The notes beneath the pieces were generated by a model. It saw only the letters and a program-made list of their open reading frames with translations. It was not told the origin of the DNA and did not search any database. This document shows positions 36,795-50,470 of a stretch of DNA of 64,000 bases, in pieces. This DNA comes from Hydrolagus colliei (Eukaryota), in assembly GCA_035084275.1 (NCBI GenBank), contig CM068744.1, forward strand, positions 17,360,001-17,424,000, written 5' to 3'. Numbering within the stretch: the first letter of the stretch is position 1; the number at the start of each line of letters is the position of its first letter. The position numbers and the translations under genes are program-made.

Positions 36795-37713
36795 CCTCTG
36801 AGTCTCCACTTCGCTTTGCGACCCCCCCCAGTCCCCTGATGTTCTGTCAGCCTGCCTGTCAGACATCAGGAGCTGGATGAGCGCAAATTTCTTGCAGCTT
36901 AATGTTGACAAGACGAAGGCCATATTCTTTGGCTCTCATCAACGTTTCCATTCGCATGGCTCTCACCTCCTCCATCTTCCTGGTCTGCCCCTAAAACTCT
37001 CCGAACCTGTGCACAACCTAGGCGTCAGGTTCGACCCCCAACTGTCCTTATTCCCCCACATCTGGTCCCTCACCAGCACCGCCTTCTTCCGCCTCCAATG
37101 AATACCCATCTCTGGCAATACCTCACCCCAATAACCGCTGAAATCCTGGTCCACGCCTTTGTCACCTCACGGCTGGACTGTTCCAATGCCCTCCTCACCA
37201 GTCTCCCATCCACCACAATCCATAAAATCCAACTCATTCAAAACTCTGCCGCCCGCATACCAACCCGCACCAAACTTACCCCAGTACTTGCCAGACTTCA
37301 CTGGCTCCCTATTCCAGAGAGGGCTGACTTCAAGATCCTCACCCTTGTCCTCAAATCCCTCCACTCCTCTGCACCCCCCTACCTCTCTGATCTCCTCTTT
37401 CCTCAAACCAGCTCCCATTGCCTTCGCTCCATTGGGTCTGGCCTCCTCCATATCCTGATTCCTCCGCTCAACTCTCGGCGGCCTTGCCTTCAGCCACTAT
37501 GCCCCGAGGCTCTGGAATTGCCTTGCTCACTACCTTCGCTTAGCCCCCTCTTTTCTCAGCTTCAGGTCCCAGCTGAAGAGCTTTCTCTTCGACCACGCCT
37601 TTAGTCACCTTTCTCCCCCTGCCTCTGGATTGGTCCCGGGTTCTGCTATTGTGAAGAGCTCTGAGACGCCGTCCGGCATGGAGGCCGCTATATGAATCAA
37701 AGTTGTTATTGTT
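36795..37713 (+). mobile_element. L2 LINE 3' fragment (subfamily B)
   Basis: MSANFLQLNVDKTKA, HAFVTSRLDCSNALL and LHWLPIPER motifs; TTG tail; inverted relative to 29517-30415. Confidence 0.93.
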
Positions 37714-38899
37714 GAATCAATTCTGCATCAAGTTCTTCTGGTGCAGCTCATACTAGTTCTCACAACCTTTTGACTTATTAAAATATCAAGCAGACACAAC
37801 CCGACAAATTCCATGGACAATCTGAGACACTCCCAACTGGCCAGTAAATGATTGGTTTTTTAAATGTTAACTTTGTGGGTAAATAAGAAATGAGTCTCCT
37901 AATACACCACAGATGATATTATGTTGAAAAAGGGATTCCATTACATTTTTGTAACATAATCTTTCTTTTACAGGAATTAGGGTGCAGTAATTAGTTTTGT
38001 AACTAGCTATGTTGTAGTGAGTCAACAGCTGCAATCGATTAACATTTGCCACGGTCAATTAACCAAAGAAATTCTTGTCTCCTCTTCCCATACATTTCAC
38101 TACGACTTGAATTGTTCGCATTTATCAGCCATAGATGAAAATATTGTCATTTGTTTTAAACTCTCAGCGAGTTGTCTCTCTACATAAATGGGATAATCTG
38201 TAATGACTTTATTGCATCTGAAACTGACAGAAATGACCCACAGGCACCGTGGGAATCGTAGCAGGAACGGAGATGAATCGGATAATAATGGCAACAAAAA
38301 ACAAAGTTAAATACTGTTATCAACTGGTAGCTGATTATGCCTCAAATACAGGCTGTAAATATAATCAGATGGATACAAGGGGAACTTGTTCAGCTTCATG
38401 AGTGTGCTACACAGACGTCATTTCAGGCAAGGATATTTTTCCAACAATACGATTTTAAATACCATTCAATCAAGAGAAGAAAATAAATACTATAGAAGGA
38501 ATAACAAGCAGATCCAATGCCAGCTTGTAATGGGGCTATTTCAAAATATGATTCCTTAAATAAAGCAATTCAAGTGGGGACTCCCAGTAAATCACACCAC
38601 TTACCAAAAATTCTCCAACGGATTGGAAAGCAATCTTCCAATTTGATGCAATGCACCACTGCATTGTTCAATAGAGGAATTCCATTTGAAATTGTCCATG
38701 ATTTCCTCTGTTCATGTATTTTTGTTCTTTCTGATTTCCGTAGTATAACCTGCTAGAACTTAATTTTTTCATGGTTTTGCCCACAAAAAATTGAGTCAAT
38801 TTACATTACAGTATATTCTGTGAAGTGCACAATCTCAAAGATGTGATAAGGCATTGTGTCAAATGCAAGGTTTATTATTATTCCACAGGTCAATGAGTC

Positions 38900-39172
38900 A
38901 ACTCAATGGTAGAAACATAAGGTAGTAACCAAATGAGCAAACCCAGGGGCTAGGAGAACTCTTTTAACAATGGGTTGTTTTAATATGGAATGTTCTACCT
39001 AGAACAACGATTGCGGCATAATCTATATTTTACTATATCTATAGTATTTGAAATGGAATTACATGAATATCTGGTAAGGAAATAAATATCTGGCAAGAAA
39101 AATAAAGCTACATGGAAAGGGCAGGAGATATGGAATAAACAGATAGCTCTTTCAGCCATGATGTTCATGATT
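38900..39172 (+). mobile_element. Old CR1 3' end
   Basis: ggagaactcttttaacaatgggttgtt...tggaatgttctacct (RNFF.QRVV..WN.LP-like) and ggaaagggcaggag. Confidence 0.6.
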
Positions 39173-40202
39173 CTAGTTTAGTTTTATTAATCTTATTTTA
39201 TTCCTTCAATTTCTAAAGTACTTAATTATTTTCTAGCTATTTCTATCTTTGCTCCAATACCTCTCTCATATTTGATTAATCACAAATGTATTTTCAGTTC
39301 CATATTCTATCTTCTCCATCATCTTTTGTTCCCTAAAATTCTGCATTTTTACTAACTTTCAATATCGAAAATAATTAAAATTGGGAGGGGAATACAATTT
39401 TTTTCAAAAAGGAGAAATGGAGCAAGGACAAAGAAGACTCCTTAGTATCCTGTGACACACATATTAGAATAACTAACCATTTTAAAAAATCTGGCAAAAT
39501 CCATCCAACATTTACTCAATGTAGATTGTTTTCAACAGTAACACATTGAACATATTTCACTCTTGAGAATTCAGCTGTGGATAATGAAAAAAGTTAATAT
39601 GATGGTTACTTATAAATTATTTTCTGTATTAATTTCATGATACTGTACCTTAGGAACCATTATCTATAAGTGAATCAGTATCATATTCATTTAAAACCAG
39701 CTCATGCAGGGGAAACATGTCACAGTACCCTTTGACATAGCACTGCTTCAGCAGTGGACTTTGTTAACCTGAACCGTCCTACACCTGGTTTCTGGCACTG
39801 ACCAACTGGCATTCCAGATTGCACACATACGAAGCACTACTAATGTCAGTTGGTAAAGGAAGTGATCCAACTTTTAATAAGGTTTCCCTGTGTCCAGCAC
39901 CAAATTATTGTCTTAGCAGCAGGATGTAACATCCTGCTTTGGAAGGTAGCTAATGATAACATGATAAGAATTATTGTATTTGATAAAACACCTTTGACCT
40001 CCCAAAACTCAAAACTATGTAGACAAATACAGCAACAAATCTTCATACAGCTATGAAGTGATTTTTTTTTAATGTGGCGTATTGTTGACCAGGACATAAA
40101 GAGAACATCCTTTTTCTTTTGGAACAATGCATGGAATCTTTATTGTCCACCAGAACAGAAAAATGGGATCGCAATTTAATGTCTCATCCAAAGGTTAGCA
40201 CT

Positions 40203-40522
40203 GTGGAGCACCTGTAGCTCAGTGGAGCACTCACCTTACAAGAATGAAACCTGTTCAAATCCAGGCAGATCAAGGCGAAACCATGGGCAAGTTTCCTTAC
40301 TCCACATGCCTAATAATTATCCATCCCCCAAAAAACCTCATAATAAAAATTTATCATTTTCAATCCACGACTGGTTGTGGGACCATGCTGTGTGCAATTG
40401 GCTGCCATGTTTCGCCCACAAATAAACAGTCAATTCACTTTACAGTATACTCCGTGAAGCGCTTTGAGATGTTGATAAAATGTGAAAAGTGCTGTATCAA
40501 ATGCAAGGCTTATTATTTTTAT
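40203..40522 (+). mobile_element. Full tRNA SINE (short family)
   Basis: TGTAGCTCAGTGG and GTTCAAATCC boxes, body and ATT tail. Confidence 0.88.
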
Positions 40523-41056
40523 TACAAGCACATTGAAGTGACAACTGGCACTCTGAACTCCTTGTTTCTTCATCAACCTTATTATGAAAAACTTCTGAGT
40601 CCAAAAATTGATAATTCACTTACTTGCTGTTGTGTGACATTATAGTGAGCAAATTGACTGCTCTGTTTGCCTACAAAGCACACTGTGAAGTACTGTACAC
40701 AATGTGAAAGGCACTATACCAAATGTAAGGATTATATAATTGCATTTCTAAAGCACTCTGGTGCTATATTGTTGTTGTCACAGGATCACGGATGAGGAAA
40801 GTTTGTACACATTGTGTCAGTTCCAGCATAATATTTAGTCCTACCCTTCAAGCTGGTAGATATCTGTCCAGTTGGGGCCAGTAAAGCACACACAATTGGA
40901 ATGCATCATGGTCAATCTGGGTGTAAAAGAAGACATGTCAATTATTCAAATAAATACAGGAGCTTAACACTATATTCCTTAATTAATTTCTTTACAAGCA
41001 CAAAAAATACAATAGGTTTACAACAGGTTAGAGTTTCAGTTACCAGAAGGGTTTGT

Positions 41057-41495
41057 TGAATCCTGCAGCTCAGTGATCAGAGCACTTGCCTTGCAAGCGA
41101 GAGACCTGGGTTTGATTCCCGGCAGGGGGAAACCTTGGCAAGTTTCTTTACTCCAGAAGCCTGATAATAATCCCTGAAGAAAAAGAAACAATAATAAATT
41201 GATCACTTCAATCTGCTCTGCACAGTTGGCTGCCACATATCACTCACAAATATACAGTCAATTTACAGTGTATTCTGTGTTCCACCCCGAACTCTTTTAC
41301 CTCCTCTTCGTGTTTCACCCCTTCCCAAACACTCCCCTTCCAGCTCGGGTCACACGCCTCTTGTTTAGCGCCTTGGGACGTCCTCCCGACGTGAAAGGCG
41401 CTATATAAATGTAAATTGTTGTTGTTGTTGTTGTTGTTGTTGAAGCGCTCTGAAATGCCTGCAAGACATTATATCAAATGCAAGATATTTTAAAA
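41057..41495 (+). mobile_element. tRNA SINE with an L2 3' tail inserted (41281-41441)
   Basis: The SINE sequence tattctgtg|aagcgc is split by an insert ending in (TTG)8. Confidence 0.85.
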
Positions 41496-43299
41496 TTATT
41501 TTTCCATTTTGATCCATTCAGATTTTTGGGGGCAATAATCGTCAGAAATACTGTAGATTAGACCCGGTGCTAATAATGGCCCTAATTTTTCAGTCAATTT
41601 CTTTAACAAAGTTTTCCATTTAGATGATTCAGATTCCTTACCAAGGAACCTCATCATCTTTTCAATCTGCTTCCTCCCACTGTTTCCCTCCCCACCTTTC
41701 CTTCACTCGAACCCTACCTTAGTGTCCACCCAGCCGCTGCAAAACCTTCTAATGTGTTATTCTATGTGAAGGGCACTACATAAAAGCAAGATTATTTTGT
41801 TGTATTAAAATATCCTGTTAAGACATACAAAACATTAGGACCAAATATATATATGTATATATATGAATGAAACTGAGGCCTGTTGCAATTAAGTGATTTG
41901 AAAAAAATCACAACAGAGTTACATTATCCACCAATTTAACGAGTTGCAATTTGCATCGAGAAAAAAACATATTTCTTTCAAAATGTTTCATCCTTCAGAT
42001 CCCATCTGCCAAGATCCCAAGGCATTACTTGAAAAGAGAAGGGAATTTCTTCTGGTGTCCCAGCCAACGATACACCGTAAAAAATGATCATTCACTTCAT
42101 GTGCGATAATCGCTGCTGGGTTCACTTACAAAATTCAACCATGATGCTCTTTGCTTTGGGACATCCTCCTGCTGTATTATAATTCATAAATTATTTGTAT
42201 TCCATTTCATAGCACACCGTTAGTAGCAGATTAAAGACTTATACCCTTAATGTGAAGGTAACTTTTGTCAAGTAGTGGAAGTCTAGTTCAATTTGACATC
42301 TGCAAAATGAGAGTTACAAGCACTATAATGACCAATTTGCACTGTTCTACCTCTAGTTTCTATCTCATACTTGTTGGTATACTTTCAATTTGTTGATTCT
42401 CGGTTCCTATCCCTGTTGTCAGGGAAATGTTGCGCCGTTCAGATCAGGTATAGCACTGGCTCTGGTGAGAGTGCAGTGAAGGTCTTGTGTGGATTGGTTG
42501 GACCTTTTGATATTTAATTAGTGTGTGCTTTTAAAAATAGTATCAGTTAAGAACTTTTTTGCACTTTTGTTATTCAACTTTTCCTCCAATTACAGACTCT
42601 ACAAACAAACTATATCGCACATACCATTCTGTATTCTCCTCTATATGCAGGAGTAAACCCTTCCCCACTGGGCTCTGGGTGTCCGGAATTCAGACCTTAA
42701 CTGGATTGGGCCTGAAAACGAAAGTTTAAAAAAAATCTGCAGGCTTACATGCACGTAGAATCCTATCAGCCCATTCTCCTGGTCTGATCACCCTCGTCAC
42801 CCTTGCTGGCCTTCACAGTGGCTAGGGATATCCACAAGGACCCCAATTGTTTAAATCACCTTGAACAAAAAGTATCTTAATCACTAACTTCTGCTCATGG
42901 GATTCAAACAATTACAATGTCAGAATTTATTTAAAAATACACATATGTTAGCTTGCTGAATATCCAGTGCCTTCAGATGTGCTCCCAATGTGAAAGGCGC
43001 TATTCATGTCACAGTACACTTGTGAAGTTTTCAGTAAAATTGAGAAACTATGAAATCACTGAATTTAGGCAGCAAGCATTTCATGAAAAAGTGATCATTT
43101 CTTCATATCGATAATCTTAGCTCGACATTTGCTAGCGTAATCGACAAATAAATAACACATTATAAACACTAATATTTTATTCACGATTAACGTCATGTGA
43201 CATTTCATTCACTGGTGAACGTTCATTTGTTAATGAACTTCCATGAAACCGGAAGTCATATTTTAACGTCAAACCATTTATAATAATAATCATTATTGT

Positions 43300-44253
43300 T
43301 AATTAAAAAATATAAGAATCCTTCTCCCGCACCACGCTCCACGACCACATCACTCCCACCCTCGCCCGTCTCTACTGGCTCCCCATCACCGAGAGGATCG
43401 AATTCAAGATTCTTGTTCTCACTTTCAAGGCCATTTACAGCCTTGCCTATCTCTCTGACCTACTGTCTACTTACCAATCTGCCCGCACCTTCCAACAACA
43501 ACGTCAATTTATATAGCGCCCTCCACGCCGGACGGTGTCTCAGAGCGCTTCAAAGTAGCTGATCCTGGGACCGAGCCAGGGGCAGGGGCAGGAAGGTGAC
43601 CAAAAGCTCGGTCGAAGAGAAAGGTCTTCAACTGTGACCTGAAACAGGGAAGAAAGGGGGCGAGGCAAAGCGAGTGAGGAAGGGAGTTCCAGAGCCTCAA
43701 AGCGTGGTGGCTAAAGGCACGGCCGCCGAGGGTGGAGCAGAAGACTCGGGGGACATGGAGGAGGCCAGACCCAGAGGAGTGAAGGCAGCGGGTGCTGGGT
43801 TGGGGGGAGAGGAGATCAGAGAGATAGGGGGGTGCAGAGGAGTGGAGGGTTTTGAAAACAAGGGTGAGGATCTTGAAGTCGATTCTCTCTGGGATAGGGA
43901 GCCAGTGAAGTCTGGCAAGGACTGGGGTAATGGGGGAGCGAAGCTTAGAGCGGGTGAGTATGCGGGCGGCAGAATTTTTTCGTTCAGCAGACTCAGGCCT
44001 GCTCCGCATCCACCGCCCTAACTGCCCAACCATCGGCGGCCGGGCTTTCAGCCTCTCTGCTCCCACACTGTGGAACTCCATCCTGCAGCCACTCCACCTT
44101 GCTGCCCCACAAACTCTTCCCCTCTCCCACTCTCCTTCCCCTTCCCCCTACCCTGACCCTCCCCCCACCCCGCTCAGTCCCGACCTGACTGTTCAGCGCT
44201 TTGTGATGGCCTCCCGACATGAAAGGAGCTGTATAAGTGCAACTTTGTTGTTG
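43300..44253 (+). mobile_element. L2 subfamily A 3' fragment split by a nested L2
   Basis: gcccgcaccttc...cgttcagcagactc is contiguous in the 32440 copy but interrupted here. Confidence 0.9.
43493..43980 (-). mobile_element. Nested L2 subfamily B 3' fragment
   Basis: NSAARILTRSKLRSPITPVLARLHWLPIPERIDFKIL; (CAA)n tail at 43493. Confidence 0.93.
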
Positions 44254-44508
44254 TATACATGTGGAAATTTACCCCATCTCTGCAGGTGATGCTACCAAAG
44301 GGGAGCATGTAGAGATTGAAGAGGAGGCGATCGAGGGGAACATCACACAAGACAGTGCAATGGCTGGAAGAGAAACTGTTGATAAAGACACAATGTAGAC
44401 GGCGTGAAAGAAAAGGCCTGAACCAGTCAAGGACGGAACCTGGAAAGTTGAGGTGAGAGGAAAGGCATTGGAGGAGGATTGAGTGGTCCACCGTGTCAAA
44501 GGCAGCAT
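44254..44508 (-). mobile_element. Internal L2 RT fragment
   Basis: AAFDTVDHSILLQCL...LLFNLYMLP...GVNFHMY. Confidence 0.8.
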
Positions 44509-45479
44509 ACAAACACGTGTGTAAGTCGCATACATATGTAGAACTGTCTATCTGGTTTTGATACTCTTAAACATTGTGTCAGACACCCAATTGATCAAAA
44601 ATAAATCTTTCCAAATACTGTATTCCAAAAAATATTTGAAGAGTATTCCAAAAATCAAGTAGAATGTGATTTTAGGATCTGAAAGAAATGTATAAAATGA
44701 AATGGATGGTTAGCTGCTCAATGTTTAGAATTAATAAATGTACATCCTAGAACTGAAACTCCTACATCTCTGTCTCTTAGAAGGCCTCTCTACTATAATA
44801 AAGGATACTGCATCATGAGATGGGGAGAGAAGGTTTGATCTTAGCAAGTGGTTTTCCAGCATATGTGTAATTGGATAACGAGGAAATAAGAGCATGCTAC
44901 ACCTTTTACTATTCACATGAAGCTGACACTTTTGAGGCTGTGCACTTAATCACACTGAGTCTTAGACATTTACCTGCTCTGAAAGGCTGACTGATGTATA
45001 TTCATCCTCAATGAGAGAGAGAGTCACGATTGAGGATACCCTCTTGAAAGCCTTTAACATGTGATGTGTTGTCATCAAAATCACCTTCTTCAAAGCTTTT
45101 GGACCATGGAAGAATTCCTTGTTGATGTTTGGATTGAGGCAATGAAACTGCAAAGGAAAAGAAACATAAGAAACATAGGTTGAAAAATAGCAGATATTAC
45201 AATAAGAAGCAGAAAAAGAAGAATCCTTGCATTTGATATAATGCTTTTCACGTCTTCTAGGTATCTCAAAGTGCTTCACAGACTGGATATTAGACAACAG
45301 TAACTTGCACTTACAGTAAAACCCATTGCAATAGACACTGGGGTTCATAACATTCTAACCCACCTTGGGGTCATCGGTCAGCACTTCCACAACATGAAGT
45401 CACTCGGCCAGTGATGTCACTGCATGTACATGAAGGAAGTGGCTAGTTTATCCCACCAATAAATAGTTTGTGGGAAGCC

Positions 45480-45900
45480 AGGATAGGATTAGGGATAGTT
45501 TGAAGATGTTGTCTAAACCATAATCAAAGAGAAATTTAAGAAGATTTTTTGAAGGAGGGAGACTTTGTGAAGCTATTGTGTGAAAGAATTTGCAGCTTTC
45601 ATGGCTGAATGCTCAACCTCCATTGGTGGGATGAAGGGAGTGAGCAACAAGCTGTACACATGAATTGGGTGAGTAAAGGTGTGGGCACAAGAAGGAGGTT
45701 TGAGGTAGGGAAAGGTTTGATTGAATTTGAAGATGAAGTCAAGGATTTTGAAGAAGGTTTGCTGGAGGTCAGGGAGACTATGGATCTGGCATGGATGCGA
45801 ATAAACAGCACATATATAATTAGTGTCTTGTAAGATATGGGCTATATTCTATATGAGCTCATATATAGTTGGAAGGGCCAGCAAGCAGAGTGTTGGAAAA
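45480..45900 (-). mobile_element. Very old L2 fragment
   Basis: Degenerate ggctgaatgctcaacctccattggtggg and gaagatgaagtcaaggattttgaa motifs. Confidence 0.55.
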
Positions 45901-46697
45901 TGTATTGCCCCTCTTTAACTCAAGATGGCAAATAGAATTATTATTTATAAGATGCATAATCAAGAATCGTGGGATATAATTTATATCGTAGAAATTGGGC
46001 TAACTCAATAACTGGTAAGGGATAAAATCATTAATTGAATAGTTTATTGTCAAGGAAATATGAAGAAGAAATTAAATAACAGCATCAAACAGTACTGGAA
46101 CACTTGTATAGCTGTAAATTTGATTGACTACTGCACAGAGGAAGACCACTATTATGTTCCATATATACATAGTACAATAATCATTGAGTCCTTCAGAAAG
46201 AAAAAAAATAATACTAACACTTGCATTTGATATAGTGCTTCTCACATCTTCCAGACTCTAGAATCTAGACGTCTCAAAGTGCTTTACAGAATATTCTGTA
46301 AAGTGAATTGATTGTATATTTGTATAAAGATTTGTGCAAAAGCAGATACCGCGGTCATACAAACATGTAATAAATGAATGATTGCAAAATAATCTTGGAT
46401 TATATTAGGATTCAATTAAATTTTATTTATAAACATAATTTGGAACACTAATGTGCATTTAGTTTCAAGTTAAACCTCTTAATGGGCCTTATAATATAAT
46501 ATAAAATAGTTATAGCTTTTCTTGTGGTTCAATTAACTGTAAGACATTCTGGGCCGTGTCAATTTTAATGTGGTAATAATGAGTACTCCAGCATGCTTTA
46601 TGCTGGGAGAGGGAATTGCCATCTGCTGAAATATGAAACACAGCTGAGTGTATGAATCTGTCCAATGCCTACCCTTCCTTTCCTGCCCCAACATTGT

Positions 46698-47155
46698 AAA
46701 ACAACAATACCTTGTATTTATATAGCGCCATTTACGTAGCATAGTGTCCCGGAGTGTTTAACAGTGATGGAGTGTAATGCCAAGTCATGGGGAGTGGTAA
46801 GGGTGAGGTAACACAATTTTAAACACAATTGAAAAGGAAGGGCTTAGATAGGAATTGAAGGTAGAGAGTGAGGGGGCAAGATGGAAGGATTGAGGGAGAG
46901 AGTTCCAGAGATCAGGGCATAGTGACTGAAGACATGGCTGAAAACACGGCCACCGATGGTGGAGTGGTGGGGACGAGGTACAAACAGGAGCGCAGAGCCA
47001 GCTGAGTGGGTGCAACAGGTGAGGGATTGGGGGCAGGATAAGCAAATTAATAGTTAGGGAGTGGTGAGGGCATGAAGGGATTTGAAAATGAGTGAAAGGA
47101 TCTTAAAATCGATCTGTTCAGTAATTGGGAGTCAGTTGAACTTGGCAAAACTGGT
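46698..47155 (-). mobile_element. Old L2 3' fragment
   Basis: caacaa tail; PDLWNSLPQS; gatcttaaaatcgatctg (IDFKIL reversed). Confidence 0.75.
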
Positions 47156-50048
47156 GGGAACAAGAACAACTACAAAATTACACTTGCATAACGCCTTTCC
47201 CGTCGTGAAGGAGCTAATGATAACGCAAATCCCCGTAAAACACATTGGGATATGCATTGTCATTACAGTATTATTAATTATTATCATTTCTTTGTTAACT
47301 GAAATAAATAAGTTACATTGCCCCCCAAAATTGTAAATGAACATTTACCTCTCAGTGTTCCATTACCCCCTCACCATGGAAACCCAAGTTAAGAAATTTA
47401 CTGGGAAAGAAATCATCAAATGAGGATTGACATAAATGAGGAAGCAGTTTCAAGTTCATATCTTGCTACTGAAGTTAATAAACATGGATTAATAAAGGAC
47501 AGCCAACAATGATTTGTTCTATATGTTATATATTTGTAAGTCATGTCCAATTAACTTGATGAACGAGGGGGGACAATCTATCATCTTCGATCTAGCTACC
47601 TGTCTACCTGCCTACCTGCCTATCTTCTATATTAACCAAACAACAATGTTTGAGTGGTGCAATTATAAATAGAGCATAGATGCTGGTCGCTACTTGTGTG
47701 TCATCTTTATATGATGACACAACCGAATAACACACAAGGGATGAAATTGCAAGTGTATCATGGAAAGTCTAGTTGTACAGATTGTCTGGAAAATTTCATG
47801 TTGTAAACATAAGTTCCATTTATAGGAACACGGCAATCACTGAACTGCATCACCTAAAAATAACTTGTTTTCTTTTTAATCCTAGTTGTTCATTGCTGTG
47901 GAGGTATTGGATACCTGGGTAGTTTAATATGGTATTCCTCTTGTATAGCAGTCAAGAGGTAAAAACACCATAAAATCTTCCATTACATTAAGTAACTTTT
48001 GCTTTGTTAGAATTGGGTTTATTACCTTGACAATTTTAATTCAAAGCAATCAATTTAGTGAAGGAAGGGGATGGGTAAATAAAAACATCCAATTGAGGTA
48101 CAGTAATTAAAAAGTACTGAATAACTTTGTTGCCAAATAAAATTGATCACTCATTCCATGGCTATTTGTGGAGCATTGTTGCATACAAATTGGCTGCTGC
48201 GATCACCAACAAAATACAGTCACTCTACTTTAGAATAAGTCCTGTGAAATGTTTTGAGATTGTTAAGTGCTCCAAAACACTACCCCATATGAAAGGTGCT
48301 ATATAAATGCAAGTTGTTGTTGTTGACTCAAAATGGCATTAGGCGCTAAATCAAATTGAAGGATTATTATTGTTTTGCAGCGATATAAAGTGAATACCCA
48401 CCAGAACAGAAAAATGGGTGAAATTCAACCTAGTTGTAATCTGTGGTACTCATTTTGCTTTAAAATGTAAAATCAAGCAGAAATGCTGGGATAATTCAAC
48501 AATCTGTGTAGGAACCATTTTTTAACAGAAACTAGCTTTCATATTAAGACTGAACTGAAGCCATATCCACAGTTAATATTTAAGGCAATAATAGCATTAC
48601 AAACCAAAGTGAGATGAAATTTCAGGCCTGCAATCACTTTTTTGAGTGAAGACTATATGGTAGCATTTTCTAAATCCTACAAGCAATAACTGTAGTGTGA
48701 CATTACAGTATATAAGATTGTTTGAACTTAAAATGCTGTTTTGCTATTTGTTCAATGTCACAATATTAATAACCAGCAGTGAGCTTTGAATCTCAAGGTT
48801 ATTGGTTGCAATAACCTATAGCGATTTCACACGCTGCCATTATTTACCGATGAACATCTCATATCTACACTGTGGATAATTTCATGTTCTGAAGGAACAC
48901 GATGAAGTACAAGATCCTGATGAAATGGCTGGCAAAATCCAACTAAGACAAAAACCTAAAATTCACACCAAGAATCCTCAATTTTATATTCTTGCTGTAT
49001 TTGGTTCAATGGTGGAACCGTACTGAGTACTACTTGAAAATGGCTAAATAGTTCTTAAAGATAACTTTATTCTCACTGAAAGCAACAGAAGCAAATAGCT
49101 TAATTCATGTTTTCAATTACATTTTTTTTTTTGGGGGTGGGGGGGGGGGGGGCTTGGTTAGGTTTATTTGTGGTTTGGAAAGACAATTAACATGTGCAAT
49201 GTTAGTTTTGTTAAACACATCTGTCCATCAATCTAACTTTGTTACAGCAGTGATGGATTCCAAAATTTAGAATGAGTTTGTGTTACATTCAGCCTCGTTA
49301 CATTTCTTTTGTGAAGGACTTGCAGATTTAAATTGCTTCATTGCTGACACAGGGTCCCATTACCTCTGAGGAGATTGTATACTTGTCTCAATCTGGAATG
49401 CTGACAGCTGCATAGTCAAGGGGAACACTAATGATTTTCTGGAACTGTTCCAAGTTTGAGAAGTGATCTTGTCTGTAACGCTTCAATTCAGACCCCACAG
49501 GAGTTTCCGTTACAGGGAAAGGGAGGTATGTAGCAAGACAGGCTTGATCGGTTGAATGGTCCCCTGCTTTCCTATGTCTCCACCATTAATCTGGCTCTTC
49601 ATAGGGTGCAAACACATCCATACACACATTAACAAAGTCCAAGCAAAATTCTGTGTGAAATAAATTCTTCCAAATATCCCTATATTACTTTGCTAAAACC
49701 CTACTTTTTGGACCATGCCAGGGATCCTACACAAGTTATTCTCCCATCTTTTCCCTGACTCATCTTTGAGAAGTGCACAAATTTATAATCCTACATGAAG
49801 GTAGCTATATAAATGCTAGTTGATGTTGTTGGAAATACTGTACATGGAACTGGAACTGAATGGAACTGAAAATATTGTTTTTTCAAGGAGCTAACAGAAA
49901 CATAAGGGGCCAAATGGCCTTCTTCCGTGCTCCAAATATCATTTGAAAGACTGACAATTCAGCGATCTTCCAGCTCTGCATTGGAGCTTCACCAAGGCTA
50001 TTAGCTGAAAGTTCTAATGTGGGGTTTGATGTTACAAAAGGTTTTTTA

Positions 50049-50470
50049 ATAATCTAATAATATACCACCTCATCATGTTGTTGCGATTTCTCAAAGCATT
50101 TCATAGGATATACTGTAAAGTGAATTTATTGTGTATTTTGTTTGTGAATGTGATAGCCAACTTGTGGACAGCAATGTCCCACAAACAGCAATGATTGAGT
50201 GCCCAATGTTATTCAAGGGATTTGTTGGCCACTGGGCGAAACTTTCTTTTTATGAATAGCGCCATGGGATCTTTACCTTCCGCGTGAACATGCAGATGAG
50301 ATCTTGGTTTAAAGTCTCATGCAAAAGACAGCACCTCCAACAATGCAGTATGCTCAGTTCTGCTTCGCTGTGTCTATTTAGGCTTTGTGATTCCAAGTCC
50401 CGATGTGGGGCTTGAACCCACAAATTTCTGACTCAGAGGTGACAGTACTACCACTGTGCCAAGCTGACAT
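50049..50470 (-). mobile_element. Full-length DeuSINE
   Basis: gccatgggatcttt...ggtttaaagtctcat...gacagcacctccaacaatgcag Deu domain; tRNA head at 50400-50468. Confidence 0.82.

Noticed and set aside
47697-47721. 9-bp hairpin TGTGTCATC-7nt-GATGACACA
   Set aside because: Hairpins of this size are expected by chance in 64 kb
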